From contig NW_027192195.1 in NCBI RefSeq assembly GCF_041956535.1, positions 1,186,653 to 1,250,652 of the forward strand: a stretch of 64,000 nucleotides of DNA. Direction: 5' to 3'. The notes under the pieces were generated by a model. The model saw nothing but the letters and a program-made list of their open reading frames with translations, had not been told where the DNA came from and did no database searches. Below are positions 22,542 to 36,244 of this stretch, in pieces. Within the stretch, counting starts at the first letter, position 1. Every line of letters begins with the position of its first letter. The stretch comes from Calcarisporiella thermophila CBS 279.70. Lineage: Eukaryota; Fungi; Calcarisporiellomycota. Position numbers and translations under genes: made by a program.

Positions 22542-24013
22542 TCAAGCGCTCTGCGGCATGTTAATCAGAGGCGGGCTCGCTCGCCGACCCTTCTTTCGCC
22601 ACTCTTTGCGTGTCGCAGCTTGATCCACTGGGGCAAGTAGTTCAAAGCTACAGAGTAGCTCCTCGTTCACGTACATCACAGAGCCATAGTTGTTGAATTC
22701 ATTACAGTAATTTGGCGCGGAAAACACGGTGACCAGGGTGCGGTCATTAAAGAATTCATATCCTAACCGATATAAGAGGGAATTAGCATAGAGTGACAAG
22801 GGTTGGCGAAATCAACGAACTGCGGTGATTTGTTTGAAGATAAGGAGGGAAGGGGAGGGGGAGGGGGGGCTTACCATCTTCAACCACCATGTGCGCCCTC
22901 GCCACGAGATCGAACCCGTATCTGGATAAAAATTGGTCGACTTGCGGCTTTCCAAAGCAATAGCTCACCCCGCGCTCATTGTCTTCCCAACTTTGCGCGG
23001 TATCGCTTGGGTCCGACCACAGAAGGTCACTTAGCAATCCATAATCTGGAACGTCGGTCGGCCGCGAGATGTTACGGATTTCATCCATGGAGCGCAACGA
23101 GGGCGAGAGGCCACCATGGACACAGAAGATCTTAGAAGCCACTGTCGCAGCAATAGGGAGGGTATTGAAGACGTCGACAAACGTTTTCCAAATCTTGACG
23201 CTGCACCGACGCTTACACTCATCATAGAATCCATATACTTCAAGATAACAAAGGGGAGGCAAGGGGTCAATTAGCATTCGTCATAGCCGGAAGAGGCGGA
23301 TGTGGGGGGGGGGAGGGCTTACCTCGAGTCACGTTGGCGCACTCGTGGTTTCCTCGCAATAAAAAGAAATTTTCGGGCCACTTGATCTTGTAACAGAGCA
23401 AGAGACAGATCGTCTCCAAACTCTGTTTGCCCCTGTCCACGTAATCGCCTAGAAACAGATAGTTGGCGGCGGGGGGAAAGCCGCTCATCTCAAACAAGCG
23501 CATCAGATCGGTATACTGTCCATGGACATCGCCCACAATCTTCACGGGTGGCGAAAGCTCGATCAAGGCCGGCTGTGATAGGAAGATTTCACGCGCAGTA
23601 CGGCATATCGCGACGATTTCCGAGTTTTTCAGGGGGAAGTTCTTAGCGATGCGGCCCGAGAAGCCCACGGCGAGCAAGCGGGAAATCAGGTCGTCGATGT
23701 TTACATTGTTGGGGAGGCGCTCTATCGAGGAGAAAGACGTGGTGGTCATCTGATTCTGCTCTTCAAAGTTGGCGTCATCGAGATTAAATGAGCCAGCACT
23801 TGGCGATGAGGGCGAGTTGTTGGCAGCAGAGGTGAACACGCTCCCGGCGCTAGCCGGGACCTGCTGCTGGTAGTGAAGGAGGATGGAATTGACAGACGAG
23901 GCGGTATTTGTAGAGTGTTCATTGTCGGGGATCTCGGCTACACGCACCGGGGGTGTGATCGACTCCCGCTTATTCTTTTTCGACACAGAGAGATTAGAGG
24001 GATGGTTTCCCAT
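22542..24013 (-). CDS. PPZ1: Ser/Thr protein phosphatase PP-Z (multi-exon)
   Basis: MGN N-terminus (myristoylation-type), Ser-rich extension, GDVHGQY, GDYVDRG, RGNHE, HGGLSP, FSAPNYC, and fungal PPZ-like LLCSFELL. Confidence 0.9.
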
Positions 24014-25173
24014 GATTAAACAAGAAGCTGCAAGATGGAGGCAAAGTAAGCAAGCCGTTAGTGAGAGCTCAGGCTCTATGGCCCAATAAAGGGACGGCCG
24101 AATTCCGGATCAATCTGATTAGAAGAGGGCCAAATGGGCGTACTCCACCTCTAATCAAAGACTCACCACTGAAATGATAATGAAGATTTGTAGTCTCAAA
24201 TACGGAATGGATCGCGAGGAGGGATCTCTACGGCATGAAGCGAGAGGATGCGGGTGGAAGGGGGCGGGCGGAGCGTGTTTATCAAATAGGTAAAAGAAAA
24301 TCGGGAGAGAAAGGATGAAAATACAAGAAAACAGGCGGAAGGCGCTTGGGATCAGGAGATTTCGGCTCAGAGTCAGAGCAATTCTTTCATCAAACAATCG
24401 GCAGCCGGGGGGGACGGGTGTGGATATTAGCGCATCCTTCTTTTATTCGCAGAGGTGAGAGCCCTCGTTCAGGATGCGCAATTAAGTGATCAAAGAGAGA
24501 AAATAAGAAAAACGGAGTGAATTGACCGCGTACAAGGTGGCTTGTTCGGAGGGCAGTTAATACTTCCGCTCGCGCACAGGCTACCCAACTCAGCTGCTAA
24601 CAGCTGAACCTTATTAGCGCGAGCGCTCCTTTAAACCGCTCGCTTCGTACGAGACGAATCATTCGCCTCGGCGGACAGTAAGCCAGGGCACGAGGGCGAC
24701 GCAGCCCACCCATAGGAGAGCGGGCCGATTTCTCGCGCGGCGTCACGCCCGCTGTTGCGGCGGCCGCAGCCCGCCCGCCCGCATTCGAAAATAGCGGGCT
24801 GATTCGGGCCCAAGGAGATCACGAGCAGCCTCCAGCGCAACCTGAAAGAAGGTTACAGGAGATGAGCCTGCTTTCAGACTCGCTTGCAAAATAGGGTGGC
24901 CGGCCTGAATTAGGATCATGCGAGGAGGACCCGGTATTTTCGGGCGGCTGGATGCATCTCACGAGAACGTGAGCTCTAAATGGATGCGTGATGCTGGGGG
25001 AGAGTCTGTTTTCGAATCGGAAATCTGCACAAATACATGGCCTTGTTCATTATTCATTAACAAAAACAAGCTAGGCAAGGCATGCCAATGAAGCGGCCTA
25101 TCCGCCTCCCCATTTATTTTGCCCGGTTTTTCCTCTCTCCCTCCCCCCGTCGTCATCGGCTAGATGAGCAATA

Positions 25174-25404
25174 ATGCCGGCCCACTACTACCTATTCCAG
25201 TGCTCCCTTTGCAATGCTCTCTATGAAAACGAGACCCTGTGTCTCCACCATAAAATCGTCGACCATCCTACCCAACGAGCGCCCCCGTTGCCCACGAAAT
25301 TCTCGCGTCCTTTGACATCATTTCTGACATGTGAGCTTTGTGGTGTTCGATTTATAGATGAATTGGCACGCTGTGAGCACGCCAGGGTTAAACATGGCGT
25401 GTGA
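25174..25404 (+). CDS. Small protein with two C2H2 zinc fingers
   Basis: CSLC-x12-H-x4-H and CELC-x12-H-x4-H within a 76-aa ATG-initiated ORF. Confidence 0.6.
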   Translation: MPAHYYLFQCSLCNALYENETLCLHHKIVDHPTQRAPPLPTKFSRPLTSFLTCELCGVRFIDELARCEHARVKHGV

Positions 25405-26876
25405 ATATCGAAGCCATCGCTCTACCATGGCATAGATGAGTAATAAAGTAGGCCGATTAGCTTTGTGGATAGGATGAATGAGTTCACGAAAGATTCTAAT
25501 GTGTGCTAAGCCACACACCATGAGAATAAATTAGGCGTCCATATGGCAGAGTTTGTGAAAAAGAGACCTGCAGGCTCGGCAGGCCGAGGCTCCTAGTGGG
25601 ATGAACTCTTCTTCTTACTTACTCCGAAGCCATCGGCCGCTCGGTAAAATCGGCAGATAATCATTGTCTAAGAAACTGTACAACCCCAGGTCTGGTACAA
25701 AGCCCGAAAAGAGTAGGGCATACTATCTCTAATAAAACATGGTCGAGAGGGTATGTCTACAATATCGAGCGCAGGACTAGGTTCCAGGAAAAGCTCACTC
25801 GAGATTGCCGATAGTTCTTAGTTGACCTTTGCCGCTCCACAGTCGAGCCAATATGGCTCTCCCCCACCAGAACATACTTTGTATCCTTAGCATAGCTGCG
25901 ACGAATTTATCCCAAAACTACTCGATGATCTTGTGGCATGATAGGGTACTCCTCGCGAGATCCTCGATCGGGTTGCTTAGGGTGGTGTTCCCTCTCTTGA
26001 GTTTTAAGCCCTCCAGGGCGGGAGGAAGCCGATTGTTTTCCCGGCTGCCCCTGGTGATACTCTCCCCGCTTTGCCACTTAAATTGGGTTGTCAATCCTTA
26101 ACATAGCTGAGCGGGAGCTTGAATTGTCCTCTATAATTGGGTAATACCAGGCCAAAAGCTCTCGGAAGTCAGCCGTTGAGTAGAGGAGTATTGGGGCGAT
26201 GCGAATTCTCATCCTATGAATAGAGTAGTAATTTATGGCAGGCGCTTTGGCAGTGGTTATTTATTTTGGTTCTGCCTTTGGAAAGAGGATAAAGCAAGAG
26301 GGAAGCACAAAGGAAGAGTAAAAGGAATTGATTAGAATACAATAATGAAAAGGTATTAATCACGAAAAAATGGCTTGAACAAGTACAAAGAAATGGCGGG
26401 AATAACTACAAAAAAATCACATCTTCGCTCACAAAGGGCGAGGAGGATAAAAGACAAATAAGATACTTCAGGTAGAATGTGCTCAAAGCCGATATTCACC
26501 ATCACTCGCTTCGCCTTCCTCCTCATCCTCAGGATCCCCCGCATCCTCCACATCGTCTTCCTCACCCGAAGAAAGATCCTCATGGCCGCGCTTAAACACA
26601 ACATCGAAAGACTCGTCTGCAGACGAGTCATAGTCCAGCAGCACGGGCGGATCATAGCTCTCGCTCTTTGTTCTAGAGGTGAGTTTTGTTCCCTTACCCT
26701 TGCGGTTTCGGGATTTCGAATACAATGCAGGCGATGGGCGCGCGATCCTTCGCGATTGTCGCGATTTTCTAACTCTATCGCCGCTCATGGTAGCATGGCG
26801 TGGCGATATTTCATGTAATTTTGGCTTAGAGCCCTTGCTCGAGCGTTCCGGTCCAAGCACGAGCACAACGTCCTCC

Positions 26877-29800
26877 TCATCCCCCTCCCTCCTCCTCCTC
26901 CTCCTCCTCCTCTCCTTCTCCTTCCTTCCGTCCGCTCATTTCTTTTTCGGGGCACTCGAAATCTTCACTTCCTCCATCACTATAATGAGGCGCCCGCGGC
27001 ATAATCGAGACCACCGGGGTGCAATGGCTCGCTACTTCTTCAACCTGCGAACAAAACAGTTTGAAATCCGCGCTATCCCGAATATAGAAACCTAGCAGCA
27101 TGGATGGGTCAATTTGCGAGATAGGAATCGCTCGCGGCTCTCCATGGTGGAAGGTATGCAGGATGGAGTCTTCGGTGGAGGTGGCAGCGGGTTGCGCCAA
27201 GTGCGGGTCGATGTAGAGCAGCTCTCCGCCCTGGTAGCCCACAAAATACAGCGATGCAGAAGGGCGGCCTCCAGCAATTCCAACCGATTGAGGAAAACGG
27301 AAACAGGCCATGATGCCCTGATAGTACACGGGATTAACGCCCTCGACACCCAAGCGAGTTGCCGCGAGAACAAGCACAGGGCGGGGAAGTACTTCGTCAT
27401 CGAGGTTGTCATCATCTCGCTCCGAGGTTTTGCTCGAGGAAGGTTGAGTCGAAGGCACAGCCTCGTGCGAGCATCGCACGACTTCATCCCGATAGATGAC
27501 GCCGTCTCCCGCAACAACCACTCCCATTCCGACAGAGGCACCCAACTTGTCACACTCTTTCAACATCGCTTTAATTGCAAGGGAGGTCGTTGAGGGCCCA
27601 AACCATTCACCCAGATTCTTGCCCAGTTCTTGGCCCCGCTGTGTCATACGGTGGATGGAAAAGGGGGCATCTGGGACGTCCAAAAACCAGGATACTATCT
27701 CCACATACTTGCGCCAATTCTCAGAATCCTTCTTATCCCGGTCGACAGCCAAGTGGCGCCGCCAGCCTCGGCCCAAGAAATGGTGCAGCAGAGCGTTGGC
27801 CAGCATCGATTGGCTAGTCCGATGCATACAGCCCCATCCAATATCCGTGGTGTAAAAAGAGGTGGGACAAATACGAGAGAAATCTTTGCGATAGGTGAGG
27901 CCGATACGAGAGCGAAAATCGGCAAGAAAGTCTAGGAGCACTCCCTGGTTAGGTGTCATCTGAGGTGGTTGCGGGCCGGTTGGAGGTTTAGGAGGCTTGG
28001 CCAAGGTAACAGAGGCAGACATGTATGTAGAGGAGGGAAGGGGTGGGGGAGAGGAGATGCTACGTTGACGGCCCAATTCGGGTAAAGAAGGGACCGGGTC
28101 ATGGCTCTTCTTCTCCTCGTCTCCTTCCTTTTCTATCAATTCCACTTCAACTCGTCCGTCCAATTCGGGCGGCTCCCACTCCTCTTTTTCCTCTTCCGCC
28201 AACATTCCCATCGATTTTCGGGGAGAAACACCCCCCCATGATCCCTTGCCCTCACCCGATTCCGGCTCGTAGTGTTCTGCTCTTGGCTGGTTTCCTTTGC
28301 CCCGATAAAATATTTCCACAATCGACTCATTTTCCTTCAAAGTCTGCGAGAGGGTCTCCTCGGCTTTCCGCTCTTTCCCCGAGGACATAGGTTTATCCAC
28401 GATCACCGGAGGCGTCTCCTGCTCTTCCATTTCTGTTGGCATGAGCTCCATTTCAAAATTGACTTCCTCATCTGCCTCGTTGCTAAAATCGCCAACCGAC
28501 CACATCTCCACGCCACCGTTGGCATACTCCTGCGGTGAGCCTCTATTGTTGACGTCGTCTGCCGCTCCGGTGTTCATATTTTCCCGACGCTGTCGCAATT
28601 TTCCGTCGGCCAATGACACAATTATTGCAGGTGTTCCGGGGGTTGGCACTGCCTCGGCGTCATCAGCTCTGGTTCGCCGGTTTAGTCGGGGAGAATAGTT
28701 CAATTCCTCAAAATCTTCGTCGGAAAGATATTGGTTGCGGGAGGGTAGGGGGATATCAATAGGAGAAGGAGAAGAGGCGCCCGACGTAGAACGAGTTGCG
28801 TTAGCGCTGACATTAGGGGTGGCATCGGGGGTGGAGGAAAATGACTGATGTGCAGTTGAATTCCCACTATATTCTGAGGGTAATCGGTCGCTCATCATAG
28901 AGTCGGTCAGGTTCGGGACATGGCTATCCATATTAGAGGTTGACGAGGCGAGGGTCACTTGCTTGTTTCTCACCCGATTTCGCAAACTTTCGAATGACAG
29001 CTTATGAGTGATTCTCTGGGGTTCGTCGGTCGACGAAGACACTTCACTGTCGGACCCGTTCGCTTTTTTCGTAAGTGATAGAGACCGTAGTCTACTTAGC
29101 ATGCTAGTTGAGGTTTTCGGTCTCTCATTCCCGCCTGCGTAGTCAAGGTGCAGTGGTACCAGCGCACGGGGGCTGCTAGGGCGCTGGAGGGCGAGTGCAA
29201 GCTGAGTGAATGAACGGGATCGCTTTTTGAGAAAGGAGCTATCCTTTTCGTGCGATTTTCCAACGCCTGAATCGCTGGCCATCGCATCCTCCGACGTCGA
29301 CATAGAAGTACTATAGCTTGCGGCCCACGGCGCAGAAAATCCAAAGAGCCGCCAGGTATCTCCCCCGCGTGGCAGATTAACTTCTCCGCCCTGCTCCTCG
29401 TCAAAACGGTAGCACACGCCCAAAAGCCAAATCGACTCGGTTGAATAGCTGGTTTTCAGCCGGAAATGATCTTCAGCTCGGGCAATGTACTGGACAACTC
29501 GCGAACTATATAACCATATGGACATGCGCTGGATCAATTCCGAGGGTGTATTTCTGAGAGTGTCCGGAGGGATCGGAGCGGTGAGGGGATAAGCGTTACC
29601 ACGTGCTGCATCCGAATTAGAACGCCGCTTAGTTTTCTTGGGCGATAGCAAAGGGATAGTTGGAGAAGCCTTTTCTTCTTCCTTCTCTTTTGAGAGTTTA
29701 CGGGACTCATTGCTCCCCCTACGATTCGTCCCAAAAGACTTCAATAAAAACAATATGAACGACGGCCCATATCTTCAAAACGTTTCAAAGAAAACTTACC

Positions 29801-30189
29801 CGCCGCAAATTGGGTATCATGGTATGATCTTTTCGCGGATATATCCGTTCTTTACTCTCCTCTCTTCCTTCGTCGGCTCTATTGCTCTTTGAGGGGCCAT
29901 TGAGAGATGGCAAAGATTTTTTCTTTTCGCCTTCAATCAACTCGGACTCTGCATGGCTAGACGGCTCAGATTTTAGTGGGCTTTTCCAGGAAAATCGGCG
30001 AGGCCTTTTCTTTTGAGTTTTGGGATCCCGGTCAAGATCTTGATTAGGACTATTAAGATTAGGGTTGGAAGATGTGTTGAAAGCTAATGGATAGACTCCA
30101 ATCAATGGTATAGGAACTGGACTATTGGAAAGAAGCGATGATGTATTATCTGCGACGGCAGACTGACTCTCCATCACTGGTTTCTGCAT
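26877..30189 (-). CDS. ATG4: Atg4 cysteine protease (peptidase C54), very long form; may extend to 26483
   Basis: Motifs IWLLGVCY, DFRSRIGLTYR, DIGWGCMHR (catalytic Cys), FSIH, GEWFGPS, GIAGGRP, YIDPH, IDPSMLLGF. Intron ~29739-29799 joins the 30189 exon. Confidence 0.92.
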
Positions 30190-30574
30190 TGGCCAATTGA
30201 GATTAAAACAGGTCAGGTCAAAAATGGGAGAGAATTAGCTTAGGTCTCACTTTTGAATTTGAGCTGGTGTGCCCAGTCATCACCACAATAATCCGCTCAT
30301 TAAACTGATAGTTAAATTCCTTTTAACGTGTTTGATGGACAAATGGCGAAATGGAATCTCTGCATCCAGGCGTGGTTGAAATCCTAACGAGTGATCGCGT
30401 GAATGCATAGAGAATAGGAGGTTAAAAAAAATTACATGCCAAGCCACAGATACTTTCTGTATTCTTGTAGGTTCACTTATGTTTTAAATCTCCTGATCTC
30501 TTGATCTACAATCCTTGTGACATTTTTTTTTTTCTTTCCTCTTTTGCTTCGATTTAGCCTATATCTCTTCACCA

Positions 30575-31130
30575 ATGACATTTGCTGCAGTAGTGAAGAA
30601 AGCTGCAGTACAGTCTGCAACTAAACTTCGTCCAACAAAAGCCGCTATGACATTGGTATGTCTATGGACAAGTCCATTTCAGTTCTGTAATTTGATTCCA
30701 CTGGGTATAGAATTCATTTGTATGGACTAATTTTTTTCTTCTCTATGAATTAAATAGACACCAGCAGCTGTTGAACGACTTAAACAACTTTCTACATTAG
30801 AAGGTCAGAGCAAAATGATTCGCGTTGGCCTTCGCACCAAAGGGTGTTCAGGCAATCAATATCATCTAGAATTCACAGACAAGAAAAATAAATTTGACGA
30901 GGAGGTTACCCAAGACGGTGATTATTGGAACTTTGTTTGGTTACAGGTTGCCATCTTCCTAATGAAATTTTACTTGTATAGGCGTGACGGTCCTCATCGA
31001 CTCGAAGGCACTTTTTTCCGTTCTCGGTTCCGAGATGGACTATGTGGAGGATAAACTTGCAACCCAGTTCGTCTTCCACAATCCCAATGTTAAGGAGACC
31101 TGCGGATGTGGAATGAGTTTTATGACATAA
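30575..31130 (+). CDS. ISA1: Mitochondrial Fe-S assembly protein Isa1/IscA (multi-exon)
   Basis: Motifs AAMTLTPAAV, GCSGNQY, GSEMDY, FHNPNVKETCGCGMSF. Confidence 0.92.
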
Positions 31131-31430
31131 TACCTACGACTATATTTATTCTGCTGCTTATAAATTCTTCCCTTGTAACATAATAAACCCTCAATACACT
31201 TATTTGTCTCATTCTATTAGATTTGCTCAGCATTGTGTCCATGGAATAGTTGTGGTTTTCTTCTCTGCTCACAATTCTAATAGAATATTCAATAGATTTT
31301 AAGCAACTTGCTTGTCAATGTCTGTTTTATTCTTTTCACTTCGATTGAAATTCAATTTCAGAAATTTGAAAGAAGCCAAATAAATAATACTGTTGATCTT
31401 CCAAACACTAATTTAACGAAAACAACCGCC

Positions 31431-32382
31431 ATGTCTTCCACCGACAAAAGTTATGATGAAATGACGCCAGAAGAGCGCAAGGAGTACGACCAGAAGCAGC
31501 GAGAGAAGGAGCAGGCAGAGCAGGATGGTGATTATACCGATTGAAATTAAGCATTCTTGCGCGATCACACTCAAATCTCTATACTAGCTCTCCCTTATAA
31601 GTGGAAGCAGACATTGCAGGATGTGGACATAACCGTCCCGGTGCCTAAGGGTACGCGTGGACGTGATGTTGTGGTAGAATTCAAGCGAAAATCGCTCAAA
31701 GTTGGCTTGAAAGGCAAAGAGCCAATTATCGAGGTATTACCCATATTTTTTCTCGGACTTGTTGATTGGACACATGACGAAGAATTTTCCTATAATGATT
31801 AGGGCGAATTATGTAAAGAAATAAAAATGGAAGAGTCGACTTGGACATTGGGTAAATTCACTTTGTTCTAGTTTAGATCTGGTGTGGAAAATGGTGCGCT
31901 AATAGCTTATTTGCTCTGTGTAGAGGACCAACGCGAAATCGCAATCCATCTTGAAAAGGTGAATCGCATGGAGTGGTGGCAAAATGTAATTACTACCCAT
32001 CCCGCCATTGACACTACGAAGATCGAGCCCGAGAATTCTAAGCTTGCGGATTTAGACGGCGAGACGCGCAGCATGGTGGAGAAAATGATGGTGAGTATAA
32101 GCATATCGATGGAAAGCTTGTCTTATTTCGCGATCGTTTGCTACGCGACCTCTGTTACGAAATACTGAGACCATTTATTTGTAGTTTGATCAGCGGCAAA
32201 AGGCGATGGGCCAGCCTACCAGCGACGAATTGAAAAAGCAAGAGATGCTCAAGAAGTTCCAGGCACAGGTAAGAAACTAGGACTAATATGAAATGGCCTC
32301 TCCACGGGCAGCTAACGCCTGGATTTCTCCTCTATCATGGCAGCACCCTGAGCTCGACTTTAGCAAAGCCAAGATGCTCTAG
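31431..32382 (+). CDS. nudC: Nuclear movement protein NudC (multi-exon)
   Basis: Motifs [10 protein letters not shown] domain, [34 protein letters not shown]. Confidence 0.93.
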
Positions 32383-32873
32383 CCCTGCTCGATAACCCAT
32401 ATGAAAGCACTTGATCTCTATGTAATTAGCACTTTGTCAATAAACTTCTCTCCCTGCTTCAAACTTGCTCCCTTAGAGGGTCGGAAGGTTACTGAATCCT
32501 TTCGCTTGAAACTGTTGCTTGAACCTCCTCATGGCCTGAATCCGTACTTTTGGGTTTCAGCTCTTCAACAAGGCCTCTAGGTTGCGTCGCGTGTAGGCTT
32601 TCTTTTTTTGTAACTGGGACGAGCCACTAGAGTCTGCCGGTGATTGGCTGGACTGATGATTTCAATCAAATAGAAAACGCGCGAAAGTGCCTTGTTACTC
32701 AAAATAGCTAACAGACAAGTTACGCGTTTCTCTATTTCATTCAGTCTTGGCCTTAGTTTTGGTCGTTGTTTGGGTTGCTTACTATCGCGGATAGAAGAGT
32801 CGAATTTCTCTTCGATTATTCCTCGCCTTTTTTCTCCTCACGTCTTTTCCCCCTCCTCCATCAGTTCATCGTA

Positions 32874-35196
32874 ATGGTCTTCAATGAAGATGCTCGATCT
32901 AAGCGCCGCCAAAAGACTAAATCGCTCCAGCTTACCGCTGCAGGGCTTGCTTCAGTCATAGGCCTAGTCCCTGCATCGAAGGAGCGAAGGCCCATTTCTA
33001 CCATGGTTGCGCCATCGCCGGTGCTGAGCGAGGGAAATGATTTTTATTCCAGTTCTGGAGACTGGAGAGATTCACCCGATGCAGAAATGGATGGGGAAAC
33101 ATTAGTGAATTATTTATGCGACTTAGATGTAAGTGGGGCCTTTGTTCTTATGCACAATGGAGAGATGCAACTAAATCCTTTTAATAGTGTGGACTTCAGG
33201 TTCTGTTGTCACACGTCAAGTTGGATATGCTAGCATGCAAGGTAGGAATTAGAGTCTACTCTAAAGATCAAAGACATTCTCATACTTAAAATTCCTATTT
33301 ACGGAATAGGACGCGATGACATTTTTAAAGAAACGCGCAGCCATCGAGGAAGAATACGGTCGCTCTATGTTGAAACTTTCACAGAGCATGTATGATTTAG
33401 CCGAAAAGAATGGCTACAGAAAAAATGGGTAAGAGCGCTTTTATCGATACCCCAATAAAATGAAAGAATCATTCAGATACCACTTTTCTCTTTTCTTAGA
33501 ACATACGGTGAAGCATGGAGTGAAATCTTAAAAGTGCACGAGAAAATCGCAGAACAACGCATTAAATTCTCAAAAGATATTGGGGAAGTTGCCGATGAAG
33601 TGCAGGCCCTGTTTAAGCAAACAGATCGCTCACGAAAACAGGTAGATTCCATGGCATTTTACTTGGTTAGTCCCTACTGACATGAGTCGATTTGGAATGC
33701 TTCTATTATCGTCTTTTAGCTAAAGGATACAGGGCAAAAGCACGAGAGACTACTGCAGGACGCCGAGCAATCATTGGATAAAGTAATTTTATTTTGCCGC
33801 ATTTTCCCCTTGATCGCCCATATGGATCCGCTCACACTATGTCTTTAGGCAAAGTTGAAGTACGAATTATGTAGCGAGGACTGGGAGCGCAGCATTCTTC
33901 AAAAGAATGGCGAGCCTGTCCAGCCCAGGCGTTCCAAGTCCGTGAGCTTGTTCAAGCAACCCAAAACACCCGGCCAGCTTGTAAAGCTTGAGGAAGAGGC
34001 ACGTATGAAGGCGGCGCTCGCAAATGAAAACTACAAAGCTCAACTAACCCGGACAAATCAGGCCCGACACGAGTTTTATTCCACCCACTTGCCTCGCATT
34101 CTGACGGTGAGCCTACATCAAACATTCTGTAATGAAATTCCTCCTACCTAACTCTGTCGCATAATAGATGTTAAAAGAAACCGAGGACGAGTGTAGTGTT
34201 GCCCTTCGATACCAACTCGCACGATATGCCTTTATTTATGAGCAATCTCTAACTTCCGAGGCTATCATCATCGACGATGATGACGGCCACGGGCTCCGTT
34301 CCATCACCGAGCGCATCAATTACCAGGCAGACTTGCAGGAATATGTGAAGCGCTTTGCGGGATCAACGCGGAATAAGGGCGCACCAGAACGACTCTATAG
34401 CGAATATGCATCAGTAAATACATCCCTAATTTTTCGTTGTGGCGCCATTTTGTCTCATACAATTCTATTCTGTTCATAGCAATCTCAGCCCCAGCTCCAT
34501 CTTCAACAGCCCGTTTCTAACCCTAAGCCTATCTTTGGTATCGACCTTTCGGTGCAACTAGAGCGCGACCAGCGAGATGTTCCATTAATTCTGGCAAAAT
34601 GCGCCCAGGCGATCGAGCAATATGGGCTCACGTCTCAGGGGATATACCGGGTGTCTGGGACAAATACTCAAGTCCAAAAACTGCGGCAAGCATTCGATCG
34701 CGACGCTGAGGCGGTTGATCTGAACACAGAGGAATACTTGTCGGATATCAACATCGTGGCCGGGGTTCTTAAACAGTGGTTCCGCGAGCTGCCAGATCCG
34801 CTTTTGACGAGAGGCATGTATGCGGATTTCATACACGCTAGTAAACTGGAGGACGAGCGGTCCCGTGTGATTGCCACCCACGAGGCTGTAAATCGTCTTC
34901 CAGACGCCAACTACGCAACGCTAAAGTTTTTGATGTGCCACCTTGACAAGTAAATAGCAATGGCCACTGTTTTTATCTGACCCATAGTAATGCTTACATG
35001 AATGGTCCCACTCTTTAGGATACAGCAAAATCAACGGCACAATAAAATGGGCATTTCGAATTTGGCGGTCATATGGGGTCCAAACCTGTTGGGCGCGACC
35101 GGCGAGGAGGCACTTGCCGACATGGGCAACCAGTGTCGAGTGGTGGAAATTATATTAGAAAACTACGCAGTCATATTTGAAGCAGATGATGAATAG
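32874..35196 (+). CDS. F-BAR (FCH) plus RhoGAP protein, Rgd1/Rga7-like (multi-exon)
   Basis: FLKKRAAIEEEYG FCH motif; RhoGAP motifs GIYRVSG, LKQWFRELPDPL, NKMGISNLAVIWGPNL. Confidence 0.88.
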
Positions 35197-35590
35197 GTAT
35201 CCCCATTTAAGTAGAAGAATCGACTTCTCATAGTGAATTATCTCGTATATATATCATATTATCTCGCGTTTCTCGTTTATTTTCTTTTTTTTTTTGTTCC
35301 CTTCTTCATTCCCCCCTTACTTCCCTCAGAACAATAACTTTATTCTTTTCCGCTCATTTCCTTATCTTCTTTTCTATTTCTAATTTTTTGTGATGTTCTT
35401 TGCGAAAAATTGATTTTTTATAAATTCATCTGTAATCAAAGTCCAAAATTTATATAGAGTTGGTAAAAATAAGGGTGGTGTTGGAAATAGAAGAATGATG
35501 ATGCAAAAAAAAAGGGGAGCAATGTTTTTTCTTTCACAGAGTAATATTACACATTAAACACGGGGACAAATAGACACTATAAATACTCGA

Positions 35591-36056
35591 CTATTTTCTG
35601 CTCCATAGTATTAGCCAATAAATGACAATGAATGCACCCACTGCACATGCCACATAATAGCACATCATCTTTTTATGCCGTGCTGATGTCATGGCGGAGA
35701 GTCTGCGTACCGTGCCAGAGAAAAGACTGCCAAAACCACCCATATTGTTTTGCTGCAGGAATACATTGGTAAATTATAAGAATTGGGCAGAACAGATAAA
35801 GAGAATTATTACCATTCCATCAAGGTATCGATTTTGCTCTTCCACATCACGGTGGATGTCAATGGTAACATGCTTGAGGGCGCGGACCTTGGCATCTAGC
35901 TCCTGCATCCGCAGATCATTTTGCTGTTCAAAGAGGTATTCGGTGTTTTCTTGGCGTATCCGTGAGGAAGATGAATTGGATCCGTTCCTACCAGTGGAAT
36001 AGAGGGGTTCAGCATAAGGATCAATGTCCAAGAAGAAGGCCGTCTAATTACCACAT
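35591..36056 (-). CDS. BET1: Qc-SNARE Bet1-like (multi-exon)
   Basis: EQQND...LDAKVRALKHVTIDIH SNARE motif and C-terminal TM. The start is inferred from a 5-nt first coding exon (ATGTG|GT). Confidence 0.8.
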
Positions 36057-36244
36057 GATCCCACTGATGATTTATAAAGGTAGCGACCGCAGACGTTAAA
36101 GTTTAACCACTTCGAATATGGACTGGTCATTGAAGGCCAAGCCACCCATTATCAAATTGAAGGGATTGCGCGTCCTTTCCTTTTCTCGTCTTAATCGCTC
36201 CGAATATTTAGAAGAAAGAAGAAGAGTGTTAAGATTTGCACAAA

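Noticed and set aside
21676-25783. Isolated partial matches to the 11-mer (CTAGTCCAA at 21676, GGACTAGGTT at 25774)
   Set aside because: Single 9-10 bp matches can occur by chance in 64 kb.
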